DNA of 64,000 nt from Octopus vulgaris (Eukaryota): NCBI GenBank assembly GCA_951406725.2, contig OX597818.1, positions 61,938,001-62,002,000 on the forward strand. The letters run 5' to 3'. A program made the translations under genes and the position numbers. Under the pieces are notes generated by a model that saw nothing but the letters and a program-made list of their open reading frames with translations, ran no database searches and was not told the DNA's origin. Positions 24,101 to 39,100 of the stretch are shown here, piece by piece; the stretch's first letter is position 1, and every line of letters begins with the position of its first letter.

Positions 24101-27100
24101 GTTTGATAATTGTTCTCTGATTGGATGTATGAAAATAAGTTCATCAATGGGGTCCGGAACACTCTTGGAAAAAATTACATTGATAGTTGATATCTGATCT
24201 CATACATGGGGTCCGGAACTCTCGAGGGAAAAAACTAGTTTGATAGTTGATCACTGATTGGCTGTACGAAAATAAGGTCATAAATGGGGACAGGAACACT
24301 CGTGGGAAAAATTAGTTTGATAGTTGATCTCTGATTGGTTGTATGAAAATAAGTTTATTAATGGGGTCCGGAACTCTCGAGGAAGAATTATATTGATAGT
24401 TGATCTCTGATTGGCTGTATGAAAATATTTTCATCAATGGGGTCCGGAACTCTCGTGGGAAAGATTATATTGATAGTTGATATCTGAAATGCTGTATGAA
24501 AATAAGTTCGTACGTGGGGTCCGGAACTCTCGTGGGAAAAATTAGTCTGATAGTTGATCTCTGATTGACTGTATGAAAATAAGTTCATTAATGGGGTCCG
24601 GAACTCTCGTGGGAAAAATTAGTTTGATAGTTGATCTTTGATTGGTTGTATGAAAATAAGTTCAATTGGGTCCGGAACTCTCGTGGGAAATATTTGATAG
24701 TTGATCTGTGATTGGCTTTATGAAAATTTATTCATACGTGGGGTCCGGAACTCTCGTGGGAAAAGAAGTTTGATTGTTGATCTCTGATTGGTTGTACGAA
24801 AATAAGTTCATAAATGGGATCCGGAACACTCGTGGGAAAAATTAGTCTGATAGTTGATCTCTGATTTGCTGTATAAAAATAAGTTCATAAATAGGGTCCG
24901 GAACTCTCGTGGGAAATATCATTTTAATAGTTGATCTCAGTCTGATTGGCTGCATTAAAATAATTTCAACAATGGGGTCCGGAACACTCGTGGGAAAAAC
25001 TATATTGATAGTTGATCTCTGAATGGCTGTATGAACAGAAGTTCATAAATGGGGTCCGGAACTCTCGTGTAAAATTTAGTTTCATAGTTGATCTGATTGA
25101 CTATGAAAATAAGTTCATCAATGGGGTCCGGAACTCTCGTGGGAAAAATTAGTTTGATAGTTGATCTGTGATTGGTTTTATGAAAATTTATTCATACGTG
25201 GGGTCCGGAACTCTCGTGGGAAAAGGTAATTTGATTGTTGATCTCTGATTGTTTGTACGAAAATAAGTTCATAAATGGGGTCCGGAACACTCGTGGGAAA
25301 ATTTAGTCTGATAGTTGATCTCTGATTGGCTGTATGAAAATAAGTTCATAGATGGGTCCCGAACTCTCGTGGGAAATATTAGTTTAATAGTTGATCTCTG
25401 TCTGAATGGCTGTATCAATATAAGTTCATACATGGGGTCTGAAACTCTCGTGGGAAAAATTATTTTGATAGTTGATCTCTGTCTGATAGGCTGTATGAAA
25501 ATAAGTTCATAAATTGGGTCCGGAACTCGTGGGATAAACTATATTACTAGTTGTTCTCTGATTGGCTGTATGAAAATACCTTCATAAATGGGGTCCGGAA
25601 CTCTCGTGGGAAATATTAGTTTAATAGTTCATCTCTGTCTGATTGGCTGTATTAAAATAAATTCATCAATGGGGTCCGGAACTCTCGTGGGAAAAACTAT
25701 ATTGATAGTTGATCTCTGAATGGCTGTATCAAAATAAGTTCATACATGGGGTCCGGAACTCTCGTGGGAAAAATTATTTGATAGTTGATATCTGATTGGC
25801 TGTATGAAAATAAGTTAGTAAATGTGGTCCGGAACTCTCGTGGGAAATTTAATTTGATAGATGATTTCTGATTGGCTCTATGAAAATAATTTCATAAATT
25901 GGGTCCGCAACTCTCGTGGGATAAACTAAATTACTTGTTGAACTCTGATTGGCTGTATGAAAATATCTTCATAAATGGTGTCCGGAACTCTCGTGGGAAA
26001 AATTATATTGATAGTTAATCTCTGATTCGCTGTATGAAAATAAGTTCTTACATGGGGACCGGAACTCCCGTGCGAAAAATTAGTTTGATAATTGTTCTCT
26101 GATTGGATGTATGAAAATAAGTTCATCAATGGGGTCCGGAACACTCTTGGAAAAATTACATTGATAGTTGATATCTGATCTCATACATGGGGTCCGGAAC
26201 TCTCGAGGGAAAAAACTAGTTTGATAGTTGATCACTGATTGGCTGTACGAAAATAAGGTCATAAATGGGGACAGGAACACTCGTGGGAAAAATTAGTTTG
26301 ATAGTTGATCTCTGATTGGTTGTATGAAAATAAGTTCATAAATGGGGTCCGGAACTCACGTGGGAAATATTAGTTTGATACTTGATCTCTGATTGGCTGT
26401 ATGAAAATAAGTTCGTACGTGGGGTCCGGAACTCTCGTGGGAAAAATTAATCTGATAGTTGATCTCTGATTGACTGTATGAAAATAAGTTCATTAATGGG
26501 GTCCGGAACTCTCGTGGGAAAAATTAGTCTGATAGTTGATCTCTGATTGGCTGTGTGAAAATTTATTCATACATGGGGTCCGGAACTCTCGTGGGAAAAG
26601 GTAGTTTGATAGTTGATCTTTGATTGGTTGTATGAAAATAAGTTCATCAATTGGGTCCGGAACTCTCGTGGGAAATATTTGATAGTTGATCTGTGATTGG
26701 CTTTATGAAAATTTATTCATACGTGGGGTCCGGAACTCTCGTGGGAAAAGAAGTTTGATTGTTGATCTCTGATTGGTTGTACGAAAATAAGTTCATAAAT
26801 GGGGTCCGGAACACTCGTGGGAAAAATTAGTCTGATAGTTGATCTCTGATTTGCTGTATAAAAATAAGTTCATAAATAGGGTCCGGAACACTTGTGGGAA
26901 ATATCATTTTAATAGTTGATCTCAGTCTGATTGGCTGCATTAAAATAATTTCAACAATGGGGTCCGAAAACTCGTGGGAGAAACTATATTGATAGTTGAT
27001 CTCTGAATGGCTGTATGAAAAGAAGTTCATAAATGGGGTCCGGAACTCTCGTGTAAAATTTTTTTGATAGTTGATCTGATTGACTGTATGAAAATAAGTT

Positions 27101-30100
27101 CATCAATGGGGTCCGGAACTTTCGTGGGAAAAATTAGTCTGATAGTTGATCTCTGATTTGCTGTATAAAAATAAGTTCATAAATAGGGTCCGGAACACTT
27201 GTGGGAAATATCATTTTAATAGTTGATCTCAGTCTGATTGGCTGCATTAAAATAATTTCAACAATGGGGTCCGGAAAACTCGTGGGAGAAACTATATTGA
27301 TAGTTGATCTCTGAATGGCTGTATGAAAAGAAGTTCATAAATGGGGTCCGGAACTCTCGTGTAAAATTCTTTTGATAGTTGATCTGATTGACTGTATGAA
27401 AATAAGTTCATCAATGGGGTCCGGAACTTTCGTGGGAAAAATTAGTTTGATTGTTGATCTGTGATTGGTTTTATGAAAATTTATTCATACGTGGGGTCCG
27501 GAACTCTCGTGGGAAAAGGTAATTTGATTGTTGATCTCTGATTGTTTGTACGAAAATAAGTTCATAAATTGGGTCCGGAACTCGTGGGAGAAACTATATT
27601 ACTAGTTGTTCTCTGATTGGCTGTATGAAAATATCTTCATAAATGGGGTCCGGAACTCTCGTGGGAAATATTAGTTTAATAGTTCATCTCTGTCTGATTG
27701 GCTGTATTAAAATAAATTCATCAATGGGGTCCGGAACTCTCGTGGGAAAAACTATATTGATAGTTGATCTCTGAATGGCTGTATCAAAATAAGTTCATAC
27801 ATGGGGTCCGGAACTCTCGTGGGAAAAATTATTTGATAGTTGATATCTGATTGGCTGAATGAAAATAAGTTAGTAAATGTGGTCCGGAACTCTCGTGGGA
27901 AATTTAATTTGATAGATGATTTCTGATTGGCTCTATGAAAATAATTTCATAAATTGGGTCCGCAACTCTCGTGGGATAAACTAAATTACTTGTTGAACTC
28001 TGATTGGCTGTATGAAAATATCTTCATAAATGGTGTCCGGAACTCTCGTGGGAAAAATTATATTGATAGTTAATCTCTGATTCGCTGTATGAAAATAAGT
28101 TCTTACATGGGGACCGGAACTCCCGTGCGAAAAATTAGTTTGATAATTGTTCTCTGATTGGATGTATGAAAATAAGTTCATCAATGGGGTCCGGAACACT
28201 CTTGGAAAAAATTACATTGATAGTTGATATCTGATCTCATACATGGGGTCCGAACTCTCGAGGGAAAAAACTAGTTTGATAGTTGATCACTGATTGGCTG
28301 TACGAAAATAAGGTCATAAATGGGGACAGGAACACTCGTGGGAAAAATTAGTTTGATAGTTGATCTCTGATTGGTTGTATGAAAAGAAGTTCATAAATGG
28401 GGTCCGGAACTCTCGTGTAAAATTTTTTTGATAGTTGATCTGATTGACTGTATGAAAATAAGTTCATCAATGGGGTCCGGAACTTTCGTGGGAAAAATTA
28501 GTTTGATAGTTGATCTGTGATTGGTTTTATGAAAATTTATTCATACGTGGGGTCCGGAACTCTCGTGGGAAAAGGTAATTTGATTGTTGATCTCTGATTG
28601 TTTGTACGAAAATAAGTTCATAAATTGGGTCCGGAACTCGTGGGATAAACTATATTACTAGTGTTTCTCTGATTGGCTGTATGAAAATATCTTCATAAAT
28701 GGGGTCCGGAACTCTCGTGGGAAATATTAGTTTAATAGTTCATCTCTGTCTGATTGGCTGTATTAAAATAAATTCATCAATGGGGTCCGGAACTCTCGTG
28801 GGAAAAACTATATTGATAGTTGATCTCTGAATGGCTGTATCAAAATAAGTTCATACATGGGGTCCGGAACTCTCGTGGGAAAAATTACTTTGATAGTTGA
28901 TATCTGATTGGCTGTATGAAAATAAGTTAGTGAATGTGGTCCGGAACTCTCGTGGGAAATTTAATTTGATAGTTGATCTCTGATTGGCTCTATGAAAATA
29001 ATTTCATAAATTGGGTCCGCAACTCTCGTGGGATAAACTAAATTACTTGTTGAACTCTGATTGGCTGTATGAAAATATCTTCATAAATGGTGTCCGGAAC
29101 TCTCGTGGGAAAAATTATATTGATAGTTAATCTCTGATTGGCTGTATGAAAATAAGTTCTTACATGGGGACCGGAACTCCCGTGTGAAAAATTAGTTTGA
29201 TAATTGTTCTCTGATTGGATGTATGAAAATAAGTTCATCAATGGGGTCCGGAACACTCTTGGAAAAAATTACATTGATAGTTGATATCTGATTGGTTGTA
29301 TGAAAAGAAGTTCATAAATGGGGTCCGGAACTCTCGTGGGAAATATTAGTTTGATACTTGATCTCTGATTGGCTGCATGAAAATAAGTTCATAAATGGGG
29401 TCCGGAACACTCGTGCGAAAAATTAGTCTGATAGTTGATCTCTGATTGGTTGTATGAAAAAAGTTCATAAATGGGGGCGGAACTCTCGTGGGAAATATTA
29501 GTTTGATAGTTGATCTCTGATTGGCTGTATGAAAATATGTTCATCAATGGGGTCCGGAACTCTCGTGGGAAATATTAGTTTGATAGTTGATCTGTGATTG
29601 GCTGTATGAAAATATATTCATACATGGGGTCCGGAACTATCGTGGGAAATATTAGTTTGATAGTTCTCTGATTGGCTGCATGAAAATATGTTCATACATG
29701 GGGTCCGGAACTCACGTGGGAAAGTTAGTCTGATTGTTGATCTCTGATTGACTATGAAAATAAGTTCATCAATTGGGTCCGGAACTCTCGTGGGAAATAT
29801 TAGTTTGATGGTTGATCTGTGATTGGCTGTATGAAAATATGTTCATACATGGGATCCGGAACTCTCGTGGGAAAAGTTAGTTTGATTGTTTATCTCTGAT
29901 TGACTGTATGAAAATAAGTTCATACATGGGGTCCGGAACGATCGTACGGAAAATAAGTTTGATAGTTGATATCTGATTGGCTGTATGAAAATTAGTTCAT
30001 AAATGGGGTCCGGAACTCTCGTGGAAAAAATTATATTGATCGTTGATCTCATACATGGGGTCTGGAACTCTCGAGGGAAAAAACTAGTTTGATAGTTGAT

Positions 30101-33100
30101 CACTGATTGGCTGTACGAAAATAAGGTCATAAATGGGGACAGGAACACTCGTGGGAAAAATTAGTTTGATAGTTGATCTCTGATTGGTTGTATGAAAATA
30201 AGTTCATAAATGGGGTCCGGAACTCTCGTGGGAAATATTAGTTTGATACTTGATCTCTGATTGGCTGCATGAAAATAAGTTCATAAATGGGGTCCGGAAC
30301 ACTCGTGCGAAAAATTAGTTTGATAGTTGATCTCTGATTGGTTGTATGAAAAAAGTTCATAAATGGGGGCGGAACTCTCGTGGGAAATATTAGTTTGATA
30401 GTTGATCTCTGATTGGCTGTATGAAAATATGTTCATCAATGGGGTCCGGAACTCTCGTGGGAAATATTAGTTTGATAGTTGATCTGTGATTGGCTGTATG
30501 AAAATATATTCATACATGGGGTCCGGAACTATCGTGGGAAATATTAGTTTGATAGTTCTCTGATTGGCTGCATGAAAACATGTTCATACATGGGGTCCGG
30601 AACTCACGTGGGAAAGTTAGTCTGATTGTTGATCTCTGATTGACTATGAAAATAAGTTCATCAATTGGGTCCGGAACTCTCGTGGGAAATATTAGTTTGA
30701 TAGTTGATCTGTGATTGGCTGTATGAAAATATGTTCATACATGGGGTCCGGAACTCTCGTGGGAAAAGTTAGTTTGATTGTTGATCTCTGATTGACTGTA
30801 TGAAAATAAGTTCATACATGGGGTCCGGAACGATCGTACGGAAAATAAGTTTGATAGTTGATATCTGATTGGCTGTATGAAAATTAGTTCATAAATGGGG
30901 TCCGGAACTCTCGTGGAAAAAATTATATTGATCGTTGATCTCATACATGGGGTCCGGAACTCTCGAGGGAAAAAACTAGTTTGATAGTTGATCACTGATT
31001 GGCTGTACGAAAATAAGGTCATAAATGGGGACAGGAACACTCGTGGGAAAAATTAGTTTGATAGTTGATCTCTGATTGGTTGTATGAAAATAAGTTCATA
31101 AATGGGGTCCGGAACACTCGTGGGAAATATTAGTTAAATAGTTGATCCCTGTCTGATTGGCTGTATGAAAATATGTTCATCAATGGGGTCCGGAACTCTC
31201 GTGGCAAAAATTATATAGATAGATGTTCTCTGAATGGCTGTATTAAAAGAAGTTCGTAAATGCGGTCCGGAACTCTCGTGGGAAAATGAATTTGATAGTT
31301 GATCTCTGTCTCATTGGCTGTATGAAAATAAGTTTATTAATGGGGTCCGGAACTCTTGAGGGAAGAATTATATTGATAGTTGATCTCTGATTGGCTGTAT
31401 GAAAATATTTTCATCAATGGGGTCCGGAACTCTCGTGGGAAAAATTAATCTGATAGTTGATCTCTGATTGACTATGAAAATAAGTTCATTAATGGGGTCC
31501 GGAACTCTCGTGGGAAAAATTAGTTTGATAGTTGATCTCTGATTGGCTGTGTGAAAATTTATTCATACATGGGGTCCGGAACTCTCGTGGGAAAAGGTAG
31601 TTTGATAGTTGATCTTTGATTGGTTGTATGAAAATAAGTTCATCAATTGGGTCCGGAACTCTCGTGGGAAATATTTGATAGTTGATCTGTGATTGGCTTT
31701 ATGAAAATTTATTCATACGTGGGGTCCGGAACTCTCGTGGGAAAAGAAGTTTGATTGTTGATCTCTGATTGGTTGTACGAAAATAAGTTCATAAATGGGG
31801 TCCGGAACACTCGTGGGAAAAATTAGTCTGATAGTTGATCTCTGATTTGCTGTATAAAAATAAGTTCATAAATAGGGTCCGAACTCTCGTGGGAAATATC
31901 ATTTTAATAGTTGATCTCAGTCTGATTGGCTGCATTAAAATAATTTCAACAATGGGGTCCGGAACACTCGTGGGAAAAACTATATTGATAGTTGATCTCT
32001 GAATGGCTGTATGAACAAGAAGTTCATAAATGGGGTCCGGAACTCTCGTGTAAAATTTAGTTTCATAGTTGATCTGATTGACTGTATGAAAATAAGTTCA
32101 TCAATGGGGTCCGGAACTCTCGTGGGAAAAATTAGTTTGATATTTGTCTGTGATTGGTTTTATGCAAATTTATTCATACGTGGGGTCCGGAACTCTCGTG
32201 GGAAAAGGTAATTTGATTGTTGATCTCTGATTGTTTGTACGAAAATAAGTTCATAAATGGGGTCCGGAACACTCGTGGGAAAATTTAGTCTGATAGTTGA
32301 TCTCTGATTGGCTATATGAAAATATGTTCATAGATGGGGTCCCGAACTCTCGTGGGAAATATTAGTTTAATAGTTGATCTCTGTCTGAATGGCTGTATCA
32401 ATATAAGTTCATACATGGGGTCCGAAACTCTCGTGGGAAAAATCATTTTGATAGTTGATCTCTGAATGGCTGTATCAAAATAAGTTCATTCATGGGGTCC
32501 GGAACTCTCGTGGGAAAAATTACTTTGATAGTTGATATCTGATTGGCTGTATGAAAATAAGTTAGTAAATGTGGTCCGGAACTCTCGTGGGAAATTAATT
32601 TGATAGTTGATCTCTGATTGGCTGTATGAAAATAATTTCATAAATTGGGTCCGGAACTCGTGGGATAAACTATATTACTTGTTGTTCTCTGATTGGCTGT
32701 ATGAAAATATCTTCATAAATGGGGTCCGGAACTCTCGTGGGAAAAATTATATTGATAGTTAATCTCTGATTGGCTGTATGAAAATAAGTTCTTACATGGG
32801 GACCGGAACTCCCGTGCGAAAAATTAGTTTGATAGTTGTTCTCTGATTGGATGTATGAAAATAAGTTCATCAATGGGGTCCGGAACACTCTTGGAAAAAA
32901 TTACATTGATAGTTAATATCTGATTGGTTGTAAAAATAAATTCATAAATGGGGTCCGGAACTCCCGTGGGAAATATTAGTTTGATACTTGATCTCTGATT
33001 GGCTGCATGAAAATAAGTTCATAAATGGGGTCCGGAACACTCGTGCGAAAAATTAATCTGATAGTTGATCTCTGATTGGTTGTATGAAAAAAGTTCATAA

Positions 33101-36100
33101 ATGGGGGCGGAACTCTCGTGGGAAATATTAGTTTGATAGTTGATCTGTGATTGGCTGTATGAAAATATATTCATAAATGTGATCCGGAACTCTCGTGCGA
33201 AAAATTAGTCTGATAGTTGATCTCTGATTGGCTGTATGAAAATATGTTCATCAATGGGGTCCGGAACTCTCGTGGGAAATATTATTTTTATAGTTGATCT
33301 GTGATTGGCTGTATGAAAATATGTTCACACATGGGGTCCGGAACTCTCGTGGGAAAAGTTAGTTTGATTGTTGATCTCTGATTGACTGTATGAAAATAAG
33401 TTCATACATGGGGTCCGGAACGATCGTACGGAAAATTAGTGTGATAGTTGAAATCTGATTGGCTGTATGAAAACTAGTTCATAAAGGGGGTCCGGAACTC
33501 TCGTGCAAAAAATTATATTGATCGTTGATCTCATACATGGGGTCCGGAACTCTCGAGGGAAAAAATTAGTTTGATAGTTGATCACTGATTGGCTGTACGA
33601 AAATTAGGTCATAAATGGGGACAGGAACACTCGTGGGAAAAATTAGTTTGATAGTTGATCTCTGATTGTATGAAAATAAGTTCATAAATGGGGTCCGGAA
33701 CACTCGTGGGAAATATTAGTTAAATAGTTGATCCCTGTCTTATTGGCTGTATGAAAATATGTTCATCAATGGGGTCCGGAACTCTCGTAGCAAAAATTAT
33801 ATAGATAGATGTTCTCTGAATGGCTGTATGAAAAGAAGTTCATAAATGCTTTCCGGAACTCTCGTGGGAAAAATGAATTTGATAGTTTATCTCTGTCTCA
33901 TTGGCTGTATGAAAATAAGTTTATTAATGGGGTCCGGAACTCTCGAGGGAAGAATTATATTGATAGTTGATCTCTGATTGGCTGTGTGAAAATATTTTCA
34001 TCAATGGGGTCCGGAACTCTCGTGGGAAAGATTATATTGATAGTTGATATCTGAAATGCTGTATGAAAATAAGTTCGTACGTGGGGTCCGGAACTCTCGT
34101 GGGAAAAATAGTTTGATTGACTGTATGAAAATAAGTTCATTAATGGGGTCCGGAACTCTCGTGGGAAAAATTAGTTTGATAGTTGATCTCTGATTGGCTG
34201 TGTGAAAATTTATTCATACATTGGGTCCGGAACTCTCGTGGGAAAAGGTAGTTTGATAGTTGATCTTTTATTGTTTGTATGAAAATAAATTCATCAATTG
34301 GGTCCGGAACTCTTGTGGGAAATATTAGTTTGATAGTTGATCTGTGATTGGCTTTATGAAAATTTATTCATACGTGGGGTCCGGAACTCTCGTGGGAAAA
34401 GAAGTTTGATTGTTGATCTCTGATTGGTTGTACGAAAATAAATTCATAAATGTGGTCCGGAACACTCGTGGGAAAAATTAGTCTGATAGTTGATCTCTGA
34501 TTTGCTGTATAAAAATAAGTTCATAAATAGGGTCCGGAACTCTCGTGGGAAATATCATTTTAATAGTTGATCTCAGTCTGATTGGCTGCATTAAAATAAT
34601 TTCAACAATGGGGTCCGGAACACTCGTGGGAAAAACTATATTGATAGTTGATCTCTGAATGGCTGTATGAAAAGAATTTCATAAATGGAGTCCGGAACTC
34701 TCGTGTAAAATTTAGTTTGATAGTTGATCTGATTGACTGTATGAAAATAAGTTCATCAATGGGGTCCGGAACTCTCGTGGGAAAAATTAGTTTGATAGTT
34801 GATCTGTGACTGGTTTTATGAACATTTATTCATACGTGGGGTCCGGAACTCTCGTGGGAAAAGGTAATTTGATTGTTGATCTCTGATTGTTTGTACGAAA
34901 ATAAGTTCATAAATGGGGTCCGGAACACTCGTGGGAAAATTTAGTCTGATAGTTGATCTCTGATTGGCTGTATGAAAATAGGTTCATAGATGGGGTCCAG
35001 AACTCTCGTGGGAAATATTAGTTTAAGAGTTGATCTCTGTCTGAATGGCTGTATCAATATAAGTTCATACATGGGGTCCGAAACTCTCGTGGGAAAAATT
35101 ATTTTGATAGTTCATCTCTGTCTGATTGGCTGTATTAAAATAAATTCATCAATGGGGTCCGGAACTCTCGTAGGAAAAACTATATTGATAGTTGATCTCT
35201 GAATGGCTGTATCAAAATAAGTTCATACATGGGGTCCGGAACTCTCGTGGGAAAAATTACTTTGATAGTTGATATCTGATTGGCTATATGAAAATAAGTT
35301 AGTAAATGTGGTCGGAACTCTCGTGGGAAATTTAATTTGATAGTTGATCTCTGTTTGGCTCTATGAAAATAATTTCATAAATTGGGTCCGCAACTCTCGT
35401 TGGATAAACTATATTACTTGTTGATCTCTGATTGGCTGTATGAAAATATCTTCATAAATTGGGTCCGGAACTCTCGTGGGAAAAATTATATTGATAGTTA
35501 ATCTCTGATTGGCTGTATGAAAATAAGTTCATAAATGGGGTCCGGAATTCTCGTTGGAAAAATCAGTTTGATAGTTGATCACTGATTGGCTGTGTGAAAA
35601 TATATTCATACACGGTGTCCGGAACTCTCGTGGGAAAAGGTAGTTTGTTAGTTGATCTCTGATTTGTTGTACGAAAATAAGTTCATTAATGGTGTCCAGA
35701 ACTCTCGTGGGAAATATTAGTTAAATAGTTGATCTCTGTCTGATTGGCTGTATGAAAATTTGTTCATCAATGGGGTCCGGAACTCTCGTGGCAAAAATTA
35801 TATGATAGTTGTTCTCTGAATGGCTGTATGAAAATAAGTTCATAAATGGGGTCCGGAACACTCGTGTGAAAAATTAGTTTGATAGTTGATCTCTGATTGG
35901 CTGTGATTGGCTTTATGAAAATTTATTCATACGTGGGGTCCGGAACACTCGTGGGAAAAGGTAGTTTGATTGTTAATCTCTGATTGGTTGAACTAAAATA
36001 AGTTCATAAATGGGGTCCGGAACTCTCGTGGGAAACATTAGTCTGATCTCTGATTGGCTGTATGAAAATATCTTCATAAATGGGGTCCGGAAATCTCGTG

Positions 36101-39100
36101 ATAAAAATTATATTGATAGTTAATCTCTGATTGGCTGTATGAAAATATGTTCATCAATGCGGTCCGGAACTCACTTGGGAAAATCTATAACGATAGTCGA
36201 TCTCTGATTGGCTGTGTGAAAATTTATTCATACATAGGGTCCGGAACTCTCGTGGGATAAACTATATTACTAGTTAATATCTGATTGGCTGTATGAAAAT
36301 AAGTTCATCAATGGGGTCCGGAACTCTCGTGGGAAATATTAGTTAAATGGTTGATCTCTGTCTGATTGGCTGTATGAAAATATGTTCATGAATGGGGTCC
36401 AGAACTCTCGTGGGAAAAATTATATTGATTGTTAATCTCTGATTGGCTGTATGAAAATAAGTTCATAAATGGGGTCCGGAATTCTCGTGGGAAAAATTAT
36501 TTTGATAGTTGATCTCTGTCTGATAGTCTGTATGAGAATAAGTTCATCAATGGGGTCCGGAACTCACTTGGGAAAAACAATAACGATAGTTGATCTCTGA
36601 TTGGCTGTGTGAAAATGTATTCATACATGGTGTCCGGAACTCTCGTGGGAAAAGGTAGTTTGTTAGTTGATCTCTGATTGGTTGTATGAAAATAAGTTCA
36701 TAAATGGGGTCCAGAACTCTCGTGGGAAATATTAATTAAATAGTTGATCTCTGTCTGATTGGCTGTATGAAAATTTGTTCATCAATGGGGTCCGGAACTC
36801 TCGTGGCAAAAATTATATAGATAGTTGTTCTCTGAATGGCTGTATGAAAATAAGTTCATAAATGGGGTCCGGAACACTCGTGTGAAAAATTAGTTTGATA
36901 GTTGATCTCTGATTGGCTGTATGAAAATAAATTCATCAATGGGGTCCGGAACTCTCGTGGGAAATATTAGTTGGATAGTTGATCTGTGATTGGCTTTATG
37001 AAAATTTATTCATACGTGGGGTCCGGAACTCTCGTGGGAAAATGTAGTTTGATTGTTGATCTCTGGTTGAACTAAAATAAGTTTATAAATGGGGTCCGGA
37101 ACTCTCGTGGGAAAAATTAGTCTGATCTCTGAATTAATTTGATAGTTGATCTCTGATTGGCTGTATGTAAATATCTTCATAAATGGGGTCCGGAACTCTC
37201 GTGGGAAAAATTATATTGATAGTTAATCTCATATTGGCTGTATGAAAATAAATTCATAAATGGGGTCCGGAATTCTCGTGGGAAAAATTAGTTTGACAGT
37301 TGATCTCTGTCTGATTGGCTGTATGAGAATATGTTCATCAATGGGGTCCGTAACTCACTTGGGAAAATGTATAATTATAGTTGATCTCTGATTGGCTGTG
37401 TGAAAATTTATTCATACATGGGGTCCGGAACTCTCGTGGCAAAAATTATTTTGATAGTTGATATCTGATTGGCTGTATGAAAATAAGTTCATAAATTGGG
37501 TCCGGAACTCTCGTGGGATTAACAATATTACTAGTTGATCTCTGATTGGCTGTATGAAAATATCTTCATAAATGGGGTCCGGAACTCCCGTGGAAAAATT
37601 GTATTGATAGTTAATCTCTGATTGGCTGTATGAAAATAAGTTCATAAATGGGGTTCGGAATTCTCGTGGGAAAAATTAGTTTGATAGTTGATCTGTGATT
37701 GGCTTTATGAAAATTTATTTATACGTGGGGTCCGGAACACTCGTGGGAAAAGGTAGTTTGATTGTTGATCTCTGATTGGTTGAACTAAAATATGTTCATA
37801 CATGGTGTCCGGAACTCTCGTGGGAAGAATTAATTTGATAGTTGATCTCTGATTGGCTGTATGAAAATATCTTCATAAATGGGGTCCGGAACTCTCGTGA
37901 TAAAAATTATATTGATAGTTAATCTCTGATTGGCTGTATGAAAATAAGTTCATAAATGGTGTCCGGAATTCTCGTGGGAAAAATTAGTATGATAGTTGAT
38001 CTCTGTCTGACTGGCTGTATGAAAATATGTTCATCAATGGGGTCCGGAACTCACTTGGGAAAATCTATAACGATAGATGATCTCTGATTGGCTGTGTGAA
38101 AATAAGTTCATCAATGGGGTCAGGAACTCGTGGGAAATATTAGTTTGATTGTTGATCTGTGATTGGCTTTATGAAAATTTATTCATACGTGGGGTCCGGA
38201 ACTCTCGTGGGAAAAGGTAGTTTGATTGTGGATCTCTGATTGGATGAAGTAACATAAGTTCATAAATGTGGTCCGGAACTCTCGTGGGAAAATGAGTCTG
38301 ATCTCTGATTGGCTGTATGAAAATAAGTTCATACATGGGGTCCGAACTCTCGTGGGAAAAATAAATTTGATAGTTGATCTCTGATTGGCTGAATGAAAAT
38401 ATCTTCATAAATGGGGTCCGGAACTCTCGTGCGAAAAATTATATTGATAGTTAATCTCTGATTGGCTGTATGAGAATAAGTTCATAAATGGTGTCCGGAA
38501 CTCTCTTGGGAAAAATTAGTTTGATAGTTGATCTCTGTCTGATTAGCTGTATGAAAATAAGTCCATAAATTGTGTCCGGAACTCACGTGGGATAAACTAT
38601 ATTACTAGTTGATCTCTGATTGGCTGTATGAAAATATCTTCATAAATGGGGTCCGGAACTCTCGTGGAAATATTATATTGAATGTTAATCTCTGATTGGC
38701 TGTATGAAAATAAGTTCATAAATGGGGTCCGGAATTCTCGTGGGAAAAATTAGTTTGATAGTTGATCTATGATTGGTTGTATGAAAATAAGTTCATAAAT
38801 GGGGTCCGGAACTCTCGTGGGAAAAATGAATTTGATAGTTGATCTCTGATTAGCTGTATGAAAATAAGTTCATAAATGGGGTCCGAAATTCTCGTGGGAA
38901 AAATTAGTATGATAGTTGATCTCTGTCTGACTGGCTGTATGAAAATATGTTCATCAATGTGGTCCGGAACTCACTTGGGAAAATCTATAACGATAGATGA
39001 TCTCTGATTGGCTGTGTGAAAATAAGTTCATCAATGGGGTCAGGAACTCTCGTGGGAAATATTAGTTTGATTGTTGATCTGTGATTGGCTTTATGAAAAT